Below the pieces are notes generated by a model, which was given only the letters and a program-made list of their open reading frames with translations, was not told the DNA's origin and ran no database searches. A DNA stretch of 64,000 nt from Thermoplasmatota archaeon (GTDB lineage Archaea > Thermoplasmatota > Penumbrarchaeia > Penumbrarchaeales > Penumbrarchaeaceae): assembly GCA_029762535.1 (NCBI GenBank), contig JARVGK010000001.1, forward strand, positions 64,001 through 128,000. The letters run 5' to 3'. How positions within the stretch are numbered: position 1 is the first letter of the stretch; each line of letters begins with the position of its first letter. The translations under genes were made by a program, and so were the position numbers. Shown here piece by piece: positions 18,901 to 26,448 of this stretch.

Positions 18901-21842
18901 ACGGGTCCGGCCTTGGCGATGACCAGAACGGTATGGCCACGATAACGATACCCTACTATTCCACCGACAGCTTGAATTATTTCTACAACTTCAGGGACGC
19001 GGATGGGAACTGGTGGGCCTCCGGTCCCAGCGCAAACGTAACGGTCTCCGTTCTTGACAACAAGGCCCCGGACATAATCGACGTCCAGTGGTGGGACGCC
19101 TATACAGGGGACGCTTTCTATTTCTCTATCGAGCTCTACGACAACATCGACGGTTACGCCCTGAAGGAAGCCTATGCCCTGTGGTCCTATGCCGGGGACT
19201 GGGACAATTCCACGAACTCCACGCTCAGCTACAACAACGTCAACGACATGTGGGAGAGCAGTTCCTTCAATGTGAACCTCAACAGCCTTGACCCGATAAC
19301 CTACTACGTGATCGCCTCCGATCAGGGCGGGAACTGGGTCGTTGACGGTATATACTATACTTACGTCTATGACAACAAGGATCCCAAGATAGTATCCGAT
19401 AATTCCCAGGCCGTGGCGACGACGGGGGACGAGTTCGAGTTCAACGTCACCGTGACCGATAATATCGAGATATCATACGTCGAGGCCTACTACTACTACA
19501 CCGATATGAGCGACTCGGGTTTCGTATGGCTGATGGACGACGGCTCAGGGAATTTCGCTGGGACCTTCGAGGTCAAGCACACTTTGACCTCGTTCGAGTA
19601 CGAGTTCTGGGCCTATGACACCTCATGGAACTGGGCATCCAGCCCGACTCCTGGATCGAGGACACCGGTGGACAACGATGTACCGGATATCTTCAACGAC
19701 ATGAGCCCGTTAAGCGGCGAGACCGGCAAGACTTACAAGTTCAGGGTGATGATCACCGACAACATCGCTCTGATGCCGGGTTCTATGGAGGTCAGCTACC
19801 GCATAGGTTCCGGAACCACGACCGATACCTCCCTTACGAGGATCGCAGGCAACATCTACGGGGCGGAAGTGACCCTTCCAGGCCAGGCGGGAATGCTGTA
19901 TTACACATTCTCCGCGACCGATACCTCCGGCAACGTCCACACGACGGATGAGGTTCAGGTTCAGATCCTTGACATCACCCCTCCGGTACTGGGAACACCC
20001 GCGTTCTCGATGGATGCCTATACCGGAGATGACTACGTTGTTACGATAACGGCAACGGACGATGTAGGGGTCACTTACGTCAGGATGCGCTACTATTTCG
20101 GTGACGAGATGCCCTCCACGGTCCCTTATGTCGAGGGGGTCGCAAGCGGGAGCACTTACACACTGACCGTCCCGGTGCCCCACATGCTGACTACCCTTCA
20201 CTTCTCGATAGTGGCCTCCGATGCCCAGGGCAACCTTCAGACGCTTCCGTTCGTGACCGTCGAGGTCCACGACAACGACCTGCCCCAGCTGGATGAGGAC
20301 CGCAGCTCCACCGAAGCGGTTACCGGCGGGGATCTCCTCTTCAACATCACCGTTAGCGACAATATCGGGGTTTCCCATGTCAACGTCCACTATACCCTTC
20401 CGGACGGTACGATACACATAGACGAGATGTACAGGGAAGGTGACATATTCACTCTGCATATACCTATCTCGGACAATTACAGAGGCGATCTGACATACGC
20501 CTTCGAGATCGTCGATACCTCCATGAACGCGTTCATCACCGATGAGGTCACCGTTACCGTCATGGATGACAAGCTACCCGTGGCGGACTTCAATACACCT
20601 GAGCGCGTCATCCAGGGGGTCGAAGTGATCTTCGACGGATCGATATCCACCGATAATGTAGGTATAATCAACTGGACATGGACCATGGAGGATATGATGT
20701 ACTACGGAGCAGAAATATCGCACGTGTTCGAGGAGGCGGGTACGTTCATGGTGACCCTGACCGTCTTGGACGATCCATCACATCCGGCCGTATCCGTCGA
20801 GAAGGAAATATTCGTAATAGACAGCGAGAACCCTGTACCCCTCGCAGAGGTCCCATCGGTCCTTGGCAACCATGAGATGCTCCAGATCGACGGCAGCGGG
20901 TCAACGGACAATGTGGGAATAGACCGCTACATGTGGCAGGTCCATCTCCCGGACGGTTCCAGGTACGACAAGTCCGGTCCGACGATGAGCCATGACATGG
21001 CCGGTGTCCTGGGCGTTGTCAGGGTCATGCTAACGGTGTTCGATGTCGTTGGCAATTCTGGTTCAGAAATGTATGAGATCAATGTTATGGACATCTTGCC
21101 CCCGACCGTGATACCCCCGGCCGATGTGGAGGAATACGAGGGTTCCGCCTTGAGGTTCACGGACCGTGATTCATACGACAACGTTGGGATCGTCGAATGG
21201 CATTGGAACATAACGTGGGACATGGGATATACCGTCCTCAGCGGCAGGACCGTGACATATTACTTCGATACCGCAGGGAAGTACAACGTCACTTTGACCC
21301 TTACGGATTCGGGGGGCAACGTGGCCTCCTCGTATTTCATAGTGACCATCAACGAGAAGGACGAGGACTTCGACTCCGATGGCGATGGGATGCCCGACCA
21401 GTGGGAGGACATGTATGGTCTGAACAAGTTCCTTGACGACGCGGACCGCGACCCGGACATGGACGGATTGACCAACCTCGAGGAATACAGGATAGGAACG
21501 GACCCGCTCGACCCCGATACGGACGGCGATGGGCTTCCTGACGGCTGGGAGGTGAAATATGGCCTCGATCCTCTGGACCCCTCCGATGCAGATCAGGATA
21601 TGGACGGCGATGGCGATACGAACCTGGAGGAGTACCTTGACGGATCCCACCGGGATCCGACCGTGAAGGATGCCGAGGTGAAGGAGGAGGACAATACCGT
21701 CCTCATCATTCTCCTGCTCGTCGTCTTCGCGATCCTTGCGATACTGATCCTCGTGGGGGTCGTGATGTTCATGACGAAGGTCCCGACCGTCGAGGAGAAG
21801 TTCCCCGAGAACGATTTCCCGCATCTATACAACAAGGAATGA
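15915..21842 (+). CDS. giant surface protein: N-terminal domain, 7 SBBP beta-propeller repeats, Ig-like/PKD repeats, DxDGDG Ca-binding repeats, TM anchor
   Basis: Signal peptide, F.RNDGQWD N-domain, seven YSTFLGG...DY...FPTTSGAYQ...AFVTK units, many DN..P/TDNVGI Ig units, DSDGDGMPDQWE repeats, C-terminal TM. Confidence 0.85.
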   Translation: MIKGKVSIVMATLFLTMASFGVLSFAPAGGVHESVSEDPVVQGEVDKAYFIRNDGQWDSPMEYVGQTSLGVMGFSPDGVFMNIVEEVLEKDEEVHRSGHILQFTFDGGYQVLPQGGGMLEGHMNWLIGPEEEWVTEVPLFDSVIYENVWDGIDVRYTYGEKGLKYEFVLAPFADPSDIAVRVEGQRSLKLMDGNLVIDVKEGLTVTDKDLDIWYDDGSFEKVNGRIVILDGNTYTFRMDGYDPSRGLVIDPLYYSTFLGGYGTDYGYSVDVDSKGYAYVAGYTSYSSSGEFPTTTGAYQSSRASTSSDAYVTKFNYAGSELIYSTFIGGYGTDYAYGIDVDSSGNAYITGYTYYSSSGIYPTTSGAYQTSFTYTSYPEIFVTKLNSAGSSLSYSTLIGGAYYDYAYDIAVDSSGNAIITGRTGYSSTYTPSYGEYPTTSGAYQTSRAGTNYEAFVTKFNSGGSSLLYSTFLGGWGSDYGYGVAVNSSGEFAVAGYTSYSSSGEFPTTSGAYQASRAGTSMDAFVTAFSSSGSVIYSTFLGGWGSDYGRAIDFDADGRVVVGGYSSYSSSGEFPTTSGAYQTSRSGTSMDAFVTKFSYHGSYLVFSTFLGGSGSEYVDQNSLMVGDNDNIYFAGRTVSSDFPTVNAYQGSIAYSSYYDCFLVNLTSDGSTLSYSTYFGGGYYDYAYGLAVDKYNNAYVTGYTRYSSTYSTTYGEFPTTSGAYQTSRAGDSYEAFLFKYGENFTDDTAPVLGTDSSDSSAYTGQDFTFQIAVTDNVGVTKLHVEYWFGTGSHTNDSIPLLEPYTHTITVPNSLDTMYYFFSAADYHGNWVKGSTQSRSPIDGSGPEFADMSITPDPPTTGDSATVMVNVTDNVAVDNTTVMIHFRDQTDASYTSAYMTHVSADLYSYTNTIGTYWTRVYFYITADDTAGNSGSTAIMYLDVDDNDPPTFVSDGSDPVAYTGDPFTFNITMNDNVGIDYAYVEYWFGTGSHNVRSLTIYGSGLGDDQNGMATITIPYYSTDSLNYFYNFRDADGNWWASGPSANVTVSVLDNKAPDIIDVQWWDAYTGDAFYFSIELYDNIDGYALKEAYALWSYAGDWDNSTNSTLSYNNVNDMWESSSFNVNLNSLDPITYYVIASDQGGNWVVDGIYYTYVYDNKDPKIVSDNSQAVATTGDEFEFNVTVTDNIEISYVEAYYYYTDMSDSGFVWLMDDGSGNFAGTFEVKHTLTSFEYEFWAYDTSWNWASSPTPGSRTPVDNDVPDIFNDMSPLSGETGKTYKFRVMITDNIALMPGSMEVSYRIGSGTTTDTSLTRIAGNIYGAEVTLPGQAGMLYYTFSATDTSGNVHTTDEVQVQILDITPPVLGTPAFSMDAYTGDDYVVTITATDDVGVTYVRMRYYFGDEMPSTVPYVEGVASGSTYTLTVPVPHMLTTLHFSIVASDAQGNLQTLPFVTVEVHDNDLPQLDEDRSSTEAVTGGDLLFNITVSDNIGVSHVNVHYTLPDGTIHIDEMYREGDIFTLHIPISDNYRGDLTYAFEIVDTSMNAFITDEVTVTVMDDKLPVADFNTPERVIQGVEVIFDGSISTDNVGIINWTWTMEDMMYYGAEISHVFEEAGTFMVTLTVLDDPSHPAVSVEKEIFVIDSENPVPLAEVPSVLGNHEMLQIDGSGSTDNVGIDRYMWQVHLPDGSRYDKSGPTMSHDMAGVLGVVRVMLTVFDVVGNSGSEMYEINVMDILPPTVIPPADVEEYEGSALRFTDRDSYDNVGIVEWHWNITWDMGYTVLSGRTVTYYFDTAGKYNVTLTLTDSGGNVASSYFIVTINEKDEDFDSDGDGMPDQWEDMYGLNKFLDDADRDPDMDGLTNLEEYRIGTDPLDPDTDGDGLPDGWEVKYGLDPLDPSDADQDMDGDGDTNLEEYLDGSHRDPTVKDAEVKEEDNTVLIILLLVVFAILAILILVGVVMFMTKVPTVEEKFPENDFPHLYNKE
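16670..18125 (+). repeat. seven intragenic SBBP repeats (~60-70 aa each)
   Basis: Recurrent YST(F/L/Y)(L/I/F)GG...FPTTSGAYQ, also visible as DNA repeats (gagttcccgacgac...gcctatcagacc). Confidence 0.85.
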
Positions 21843-21857
21843 GATCGAAGCCATACT

Positions 21858-21880
21858 CGGCCTCCGTGATACGGAGGCCG
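21858..21880 (+). terminator. perfect GC-rich hairpin downstream of the giant surface-protein gene
   Basis: CGGCCTCCGT-GAT-ACGGAGGCCG, 10-bp stem starting 16 nt after the stop. Confidence 0.55.
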
Positions 21881-21933
21881 TTCACTTCCATTGGCGCGGT
21901 TGAAGGTTAAATATGGGAAGGATCTATAACACC

Positions 21934-22560
21934 ATGGTCCGCGCATGCGTCGTCCTTGGCGGGAGCATAGAGCCGGTGGACACTGCAGGATATGATATCG
22001 TCATCTGCGCGGATTCCGGATATTCCCGGGTTTTGGGTACCGGGCGAAGACCCGACCATCTTGTAGGAGATATGGATTCCTTGGACCCGGGCCTTCTGGA
22101 GAGGGCAGTGACCGAAGGCATCGATATCGTGAGGTATCCGATAGACAAGGATATCTCCGACGGGGAGGCCTCCCTCAAGCTGGCCATCGATTCAGGAGCG
22201 GACCTTATAATTATAGAAGGGGCGACCGGATCAAGGTCCGATCATATGATCTCCATGTTCCAAATGCTCGAATCCGTACCTCAAGACATAGAGGCATGGC
22301 TCCACATAGGAGGGGATCGCATTCGCCTCATGCGGGAAGGACAGTGGATGGAACTTACCGATCCTCCTCCGGTCATTTCCCTTCTCCCGGTCGCCGAGGA
22401 TGTTCGGATCAAGACCGACGGATTGAGATACGATCTCGACGGCGAGAAGCTACTTAGAGGGTCCACGAGGGGGATACACAACGAGGCATCGTCTCCGAAG
22501 CCTCGTATCGAGGTCATTCAGGGATCGCTGCTTTTGGTCCTATCGAGATCGATCCATTGA
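21934..22560 (+). CDS. thiN: thiamine diphosphokinase
   Basis: ICADSG, PDHLVGDMDS, DKDISDGE, GATGSRSDH, GLRYDL, RGIHNE. Likely leaderless start at 21934 (track start 21913). Confidence 0.92.
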   Translation: MVRACVVLGGSIEPVDTAGYDIVICADSGYSRVLGTGRRPDHLVGDMDSLDPGLLERAVTEGIDIVRYPIDKDISDGEASLKLAIDSGADLIIIEGATGSRSDHMISMFQMLESVPQDIEAWLHIGGDRIRLMREGQWMELTDPPPVISLLPVAEDVRIKTDGLRYDLDGEKLLRGSTRGIHNEASSPKPRIEVIQGSLLLVLSRSIH

Positions 22561-22575
22561 GGAACAAGGCCCTCT

Positions 22576-25500
22576 TCACTGCTCTTCCACCAGGAACTCC
22601 GCACCACATCCAGGGCACGTCCTGCTTCCGACCGGAACCTCGATGGAGCATTTGGGGCATTGATATATCTCGGATTCGAAGGATGCTCCGCATCCAGGAC
22701 AGGTCGCCGCGTTCATCTCCACGGCATTACCGCACGCCTCGCAGAGGAATGTCCTCCCATCGGTGCTACCTTCGCCTTCCACCTTCTTTACCGAGCCCAT
22801 CGCCCTCTCTAGAGCTCCTTTCAGGTCCTCATCCTCCTCTGGGTTCAGGTTCGACAGCTGTTTTATGGCCGAGTTGACCGCGTCGAGGTTCATACCTCCG
22901 TTCTCGGTAGAGGCCTTGATCAGTGTCTCGACGATCTCCCGCATCGGTACGATATCGGTATTCACCGATGTGAGAAGCCGGTCCCTCAACGATACCTCCA
23001 GCTCCAGGCCCCTTCTTTTCAGCAGCTCTGCGAGCAAAGGTCCTTTGATATCTTCAGATAATGGCCTGATGTCCACGACCAGGCCGCTTTCCAGCCGGGA
23101 TCGCAACTTTTCGGAGATGACGGTTATCTCGCCGGGCGGTCTCGATGATGTCATAACTATCTGCTTGTTGGAGTTCAGCATTAATCCGAACATATTCTCG
23201 AGGATATCTTCATCGGTCGAGCTCATGATGTCATGGACGTCATCGAGGAGGATAACATCGTATCCGTTAAGTTCATTCTTTTCAATATCATCGCCCCCCA
23301 GGACCGAATTCAGCTCTTCGATGGAAAGCAGTCCGATGCTGATGCCAGAGTCCTTGGCCAGTATGCCGGTCCGGATCGAGCTCAAGAGGTGGGTCTTGCC
23401 GGAACCGGTGTTCCCGTAGATGAAGAGAGGGTTGTATGCCTTCGACGGGTTATCGGCCACGCCTTGAGCGGCTTTCACCGCGAATCTGTTCGAGTTACCC
23501 ACGATCAGATTATCGAAGGTCATCGAACCTGTCGCTTCCCATCCTTCATCGGCCCCGGATGGTTCTTCAGATGGCCCATCCTCGCTCTTGGCCTCGATCT
23601 CGGCTTTTGGCGTCTCCTGCGGCATCCGGAATCCGGTAGAGCCCATGAACTTCTTGAACATCTGTATCTCTTTTTCGAAGTTGTTCATCTCCAGCTCGAG
23701 TATGGACATGTCCTGGTCCAGGTATTGCTTGATCTTTTCTGCTGCCTGGAATCCCGAGGATATATGATCATCGATCCTCTTGATGATCTCGCTCCTCTTC
23801 CTCCTGTCCTCCTCTATCATCGCCTCCAGTCCTTCGAGTGCGAGGCTTATCTCATCGACGAGGCCAGGATCGTTCAGTTTGAACTCGATGTCCTCGGCCT
23901 CCTTCTTGAAATGTTTCAGATCGAGGGAATCGAACCTCTCCTGGAAGCCCTCGAGTTTGATTATCTGCTTTAGCGTCTCCTCGAATTCGGCATCAAGGTC
24001 CTCGATGGATGCATCCAATTTCTTCTCCAGGGATCTGACGTTGTAGCCCGCATCCTTCCATATCTTGACCCTGTCCCGTATCTTTTCCCGCTTGGTGTGA
24101 TTGCTCTCAATGAGGTTCTTCAGGTCCTCGAAATGCTCCAGCGCTCCCTGATGGTCCCCGATGTCCTTGAGATGCTTCTTAAGCTCCTCGATGCCCGGAT
24201 GAAGCCAGCTGCTTTCGACCCTGTCCCATTTCTCGATGAGCGAGGAGGCCTCCTTCAATCGCGAGATCCTTGTCTCCATGTCCTCTATGGCATCCTCGAT
24301 GTGTGGCGCGGGTGTCTCTATGAGGTCCTTGAGGCTATCTATACGATATCCTTCCTTTTTCAGTTCCTCCAGCCTTTTCTTCAGGTCGATCCTTATAGCC
24401 GTATCCGAGCGAACCCTTTCAACGAGGTCCGCGAGGTTCTTCCTCGCCCTATCGATCTCGAAGGGGTCCTGTAATAGTGACCGAAGCTCATCCGCATCTC
24501 CCTGGAAGAATCTGGTATTGATCGATGAGAGCTCCTTGAGCATCTCCCGGCAGACGGTGATGTTCTTCTGCATCTCATCGTGAACTATGCTGAAGGCGGG
24601 GAGATCGTCATCAATGACCTCCTCCACCCTCTTCACGATGAAACCGTCGGACCTCCATCTCTCGAGATCGTTCTTGACCTTCTCTCGGGTCTCCTCCCTC
24701 CTGCCGATGTCATCTTTCAAGCGATCCATCGAATCCTGGGCCTTATCCAACTGTGTCGGGTCTATCAGTATGGCTCTCAGCTCCTCGAATCTGCCATCCA
24801 GCCATCTGCTGTCCATACCGGATAGTTCATCGGACAGTTCAGAGAGCCTCTGCACCCTCTTTTCCAGGTCCTCCAGGGCGCCTCTCAGCTCGGATATGGG
24901 TCGCTCGAACATGGGCTCGATCGATACCACTTCATACCCTCTTCCGGCGATATCATCCACTTTCTTCCTTAACTCGTCCCTTTCCTGATCGATCCGGAGT
25001 ATCCTCTCCTGTATGTCGTTCAGGCGGGATTCGTATCGATCGAGATCGAATGGATCTTTCATCGAGGCTTTCAGCTCGTCGATATCCTTGGTAAGATCGC
25101 GACGATCGGTATTATCGAGCGTTGCCCCGATCTCTTTGATCCTTGCGACATTGTTCTTCAGCAACTCCATCATTTCGCGGAGGTCCTTGGCCCTCTGGTC
25201 TATGGAATCCTCGATCCTCTTGATGCTGAAGCCGCCCTTCTCGAACGTTTTCGCTTCCTCGAGGATCTTTCGTTTCTCCGCCCTCTCCGCCTCCATCGTC
25301 TCTTTCAAGGACGCGAGGGAAGATCCCGCGGCAGGGATCTCGTTGGGATCGTTCAAAAGGAACTCTATCTGAGCGATATTCTTGGAGAAACCCTTTGCGT
25401 CCTTTTCCTTGGAAATTGCGTCCAGCTCCTCCCTGTAATCCTTCAGCTGCTGAATGGAGTCCATGAAGTTCGCCATAGAATTCCAGGCCGAATCCAGATC

Positions 25501-26316
25501 ATCATCGAGTTTCTGCTCCACACTCTCAGTGTTGAAGCCCTCCTCCTTCCAGAGTTTCACCCACTTGATTATCTCGTTCCTCTTTTCCGTTATCTGGTCC
25601 AATGCCGTTTCTATCCGCTTGACGGCCTTCTCCATCTCCGGCATGTTGGATATGTCCTTTGAGCGTTCCTTCAGATCTTTAACCTGCTCCTGGAGATCGA
25701 CCGTTGTGACGGTATCCAGCCATTTGACCATCTCCCTGGAACGAGAGATCCTGGCCGAGATGTCGTTGTAATTATCGCACATCTCCTTGTATCCGAGCTG
25801 CCTTTTTGAGTCGAGATCATCTATCACATATCCCTCCGAGATCCAATCCTCGATATCGGATATCATCTGCTTCATCCTCTTCTCCTGCTCGATGCGCTCC
25901 TTCTTCTTCTTCTTGAGATCATCCTGATGCTTTTTGTATAGCTTGATGAACTCATCGAGGTTCAGTTCATCCTCCATGCGGCATTCCTTGAAGAAGGCAT
26001 AAGGCGGCCCCACATCGATCTTGGAATGGAGCTCAATCTCGGCCTCCGGTTCCATCATGACCGACAGCAGAGGAAAGGCTCCGACATCCCCCTTCTTCAC
26101 TACTGTTCCGACAGTGGACTCGCAGAGCAGGGGTTTCCCTTCCTTGAACACCATCTGTCCGATCACGTTGTCCCTATTTCCCTCATCGGTCTCCAGATCC
26201 CCTTTGACGAGCAAATAGCCCGTACAAACCCCCTCGGTGATCCCGGAGATGATCTCTTTTATTTGTCCTTCCCCGCCTTTCCGGGTGTAATCGAGCGTTC
26301 CCTTCGGAAGTATCAT
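22576..26316 (-). CDS. multidomain protein: DUF2226-like head, ~8 helical repeats, DnaA-type AAA+ domain, double zinc ribbon
   Basis: TFDNLIVGNSNRFA...YNPLFIYGNTGSGKTHLL...LLDDVH...QIVMTSSRPP...LRSRLESGLVVDI is DnaA domain III. Four C-terminal CxxC pairs. No DnaA domain IV. Confidence 0.85.
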   Translation of the reverse strand: MILPKGTLDYTRKGGEGQIKEIISGITEGVCTGYLLVKGDLETDEGNRDNVIGQMVFKEGKPLLCESTVGTVVKKGDVGAFPLLSVMMEPEAEIELHSKIDVGPPYAFFKECRMEDELNLDEFIKLYKKHQDDLKKKKKERIEQEKRMKQMISDIEDWISEGYVIDDLDSKRQLGYKEMCDNYNDISARISRSREMVKWLDTVTTVDLQEQVKDLKERSKDISNMPEMEKAVKRIETALDQITEKRNEIIKWVKLWKEEGFNTESVEQKLDDDLDSAWNSMANFMDSIQQLKDYREELDAISKEKDAKGFSKNIAQIEFLLNDPNEIPAAGSSLASLKETMEAERAEKRKILEEAKTFEKGGFSIKRIEDSIDQRAKDLREMMELLKNNVARIKEIGATLDNTDRRDLTKDIDELKASMKDPFDLDRYESRLNDIQERILRIDQERDELRKKVDDIAGRGYEVVSIEPMFERPISELRGALEDLEKRVQRLSELSDELSGMDSRWLDGRFEELRAILIDPTQLDKAQDSMDRLKDDIGRREETREKVKNDLERWRSDGFIVKRVEEVIDDDLPAFSIVHDEMQKNITVCREMLKELSSINTRFFQGDADELRSLLQDPFEIDRARKNLADLVERVRSDTAIRIDLKKRLEELKKEGYRIDSLKDLIETPAPHIEDAIEDMETRISRLKEASSLIEKWDRVESSWLHPGIEELKKHLKDIGDHQGALEHFEDLKNLIESNHTKREKIRDRVKIWKDAGYNVRSLEKKLDASIEDLDAEFEETLKQIIKLEGFQERFDSLDLKHFKKEAEDIEFKLNDPGLVDEISLALEGLEAMIEEDRRKRSEIIKRIDDHISSGFQAAEKIKQYLDQDMSILELEMNNFEKEIQMFKKFMGSTGFRMPQETPKAEIEAKSEDGPSEEPSGADEGWEATGSMTFDNLIVGNSNRFAVKAAQGVADNPSKAYNPLFIYGNTGSGKTHLLSSIRTGILAKDSGISIGLLSIEELNSVLGGDDIEKNELNGYDVILLDDVHDIMSSTDEDILENMFGLMLNSNKQIVMTSSRPPGEITVISEKLRSRLESGLVVDIRPLSEDIKGPLLAELLKRRGLELEVSLRDRLLTSVNTDIVPMREIVETLIKASTENGGMNLDAVNSAIKQLSNLNPEEDEDLKGALERAMGSVKKVEGEGSTDGRTFLCEACGNAVEMNAATCPGCGASFESEIYQCPKCSIEVPVGSRTCPGCGAEFLVEEQ

Positions 26317-26448
26317 GACCTTCCCCCTTTATCCATCGTGGGTCTTGTTCCTCATCAGGCCTATCCATTTCCTGTGCCAACATAGGGCCCTTTGTCTGAG
26401 GATCGACCATCACCTCACTACATCGCCTATATATTTTTCTAGGTTATT

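Noticed and set aside
22576-26316. Calling the gene dnaA, or treating the contig as bacterial contamination
   Set aside because: Domains I and IV are absent, there is no dnaN/gyrB context, and the rest of the window carries clearly archaeal genes.
26320-26372. TTATCCATC and CTATCCATT upstream of the DnaA-like gene as DnaA boxes or an oriC
   Set aside because: At best a 7/9 match to TTATCCACA, adjacent to the RBS, with no box cluster or DUE. The protein also lacks the box-binding domain IV.
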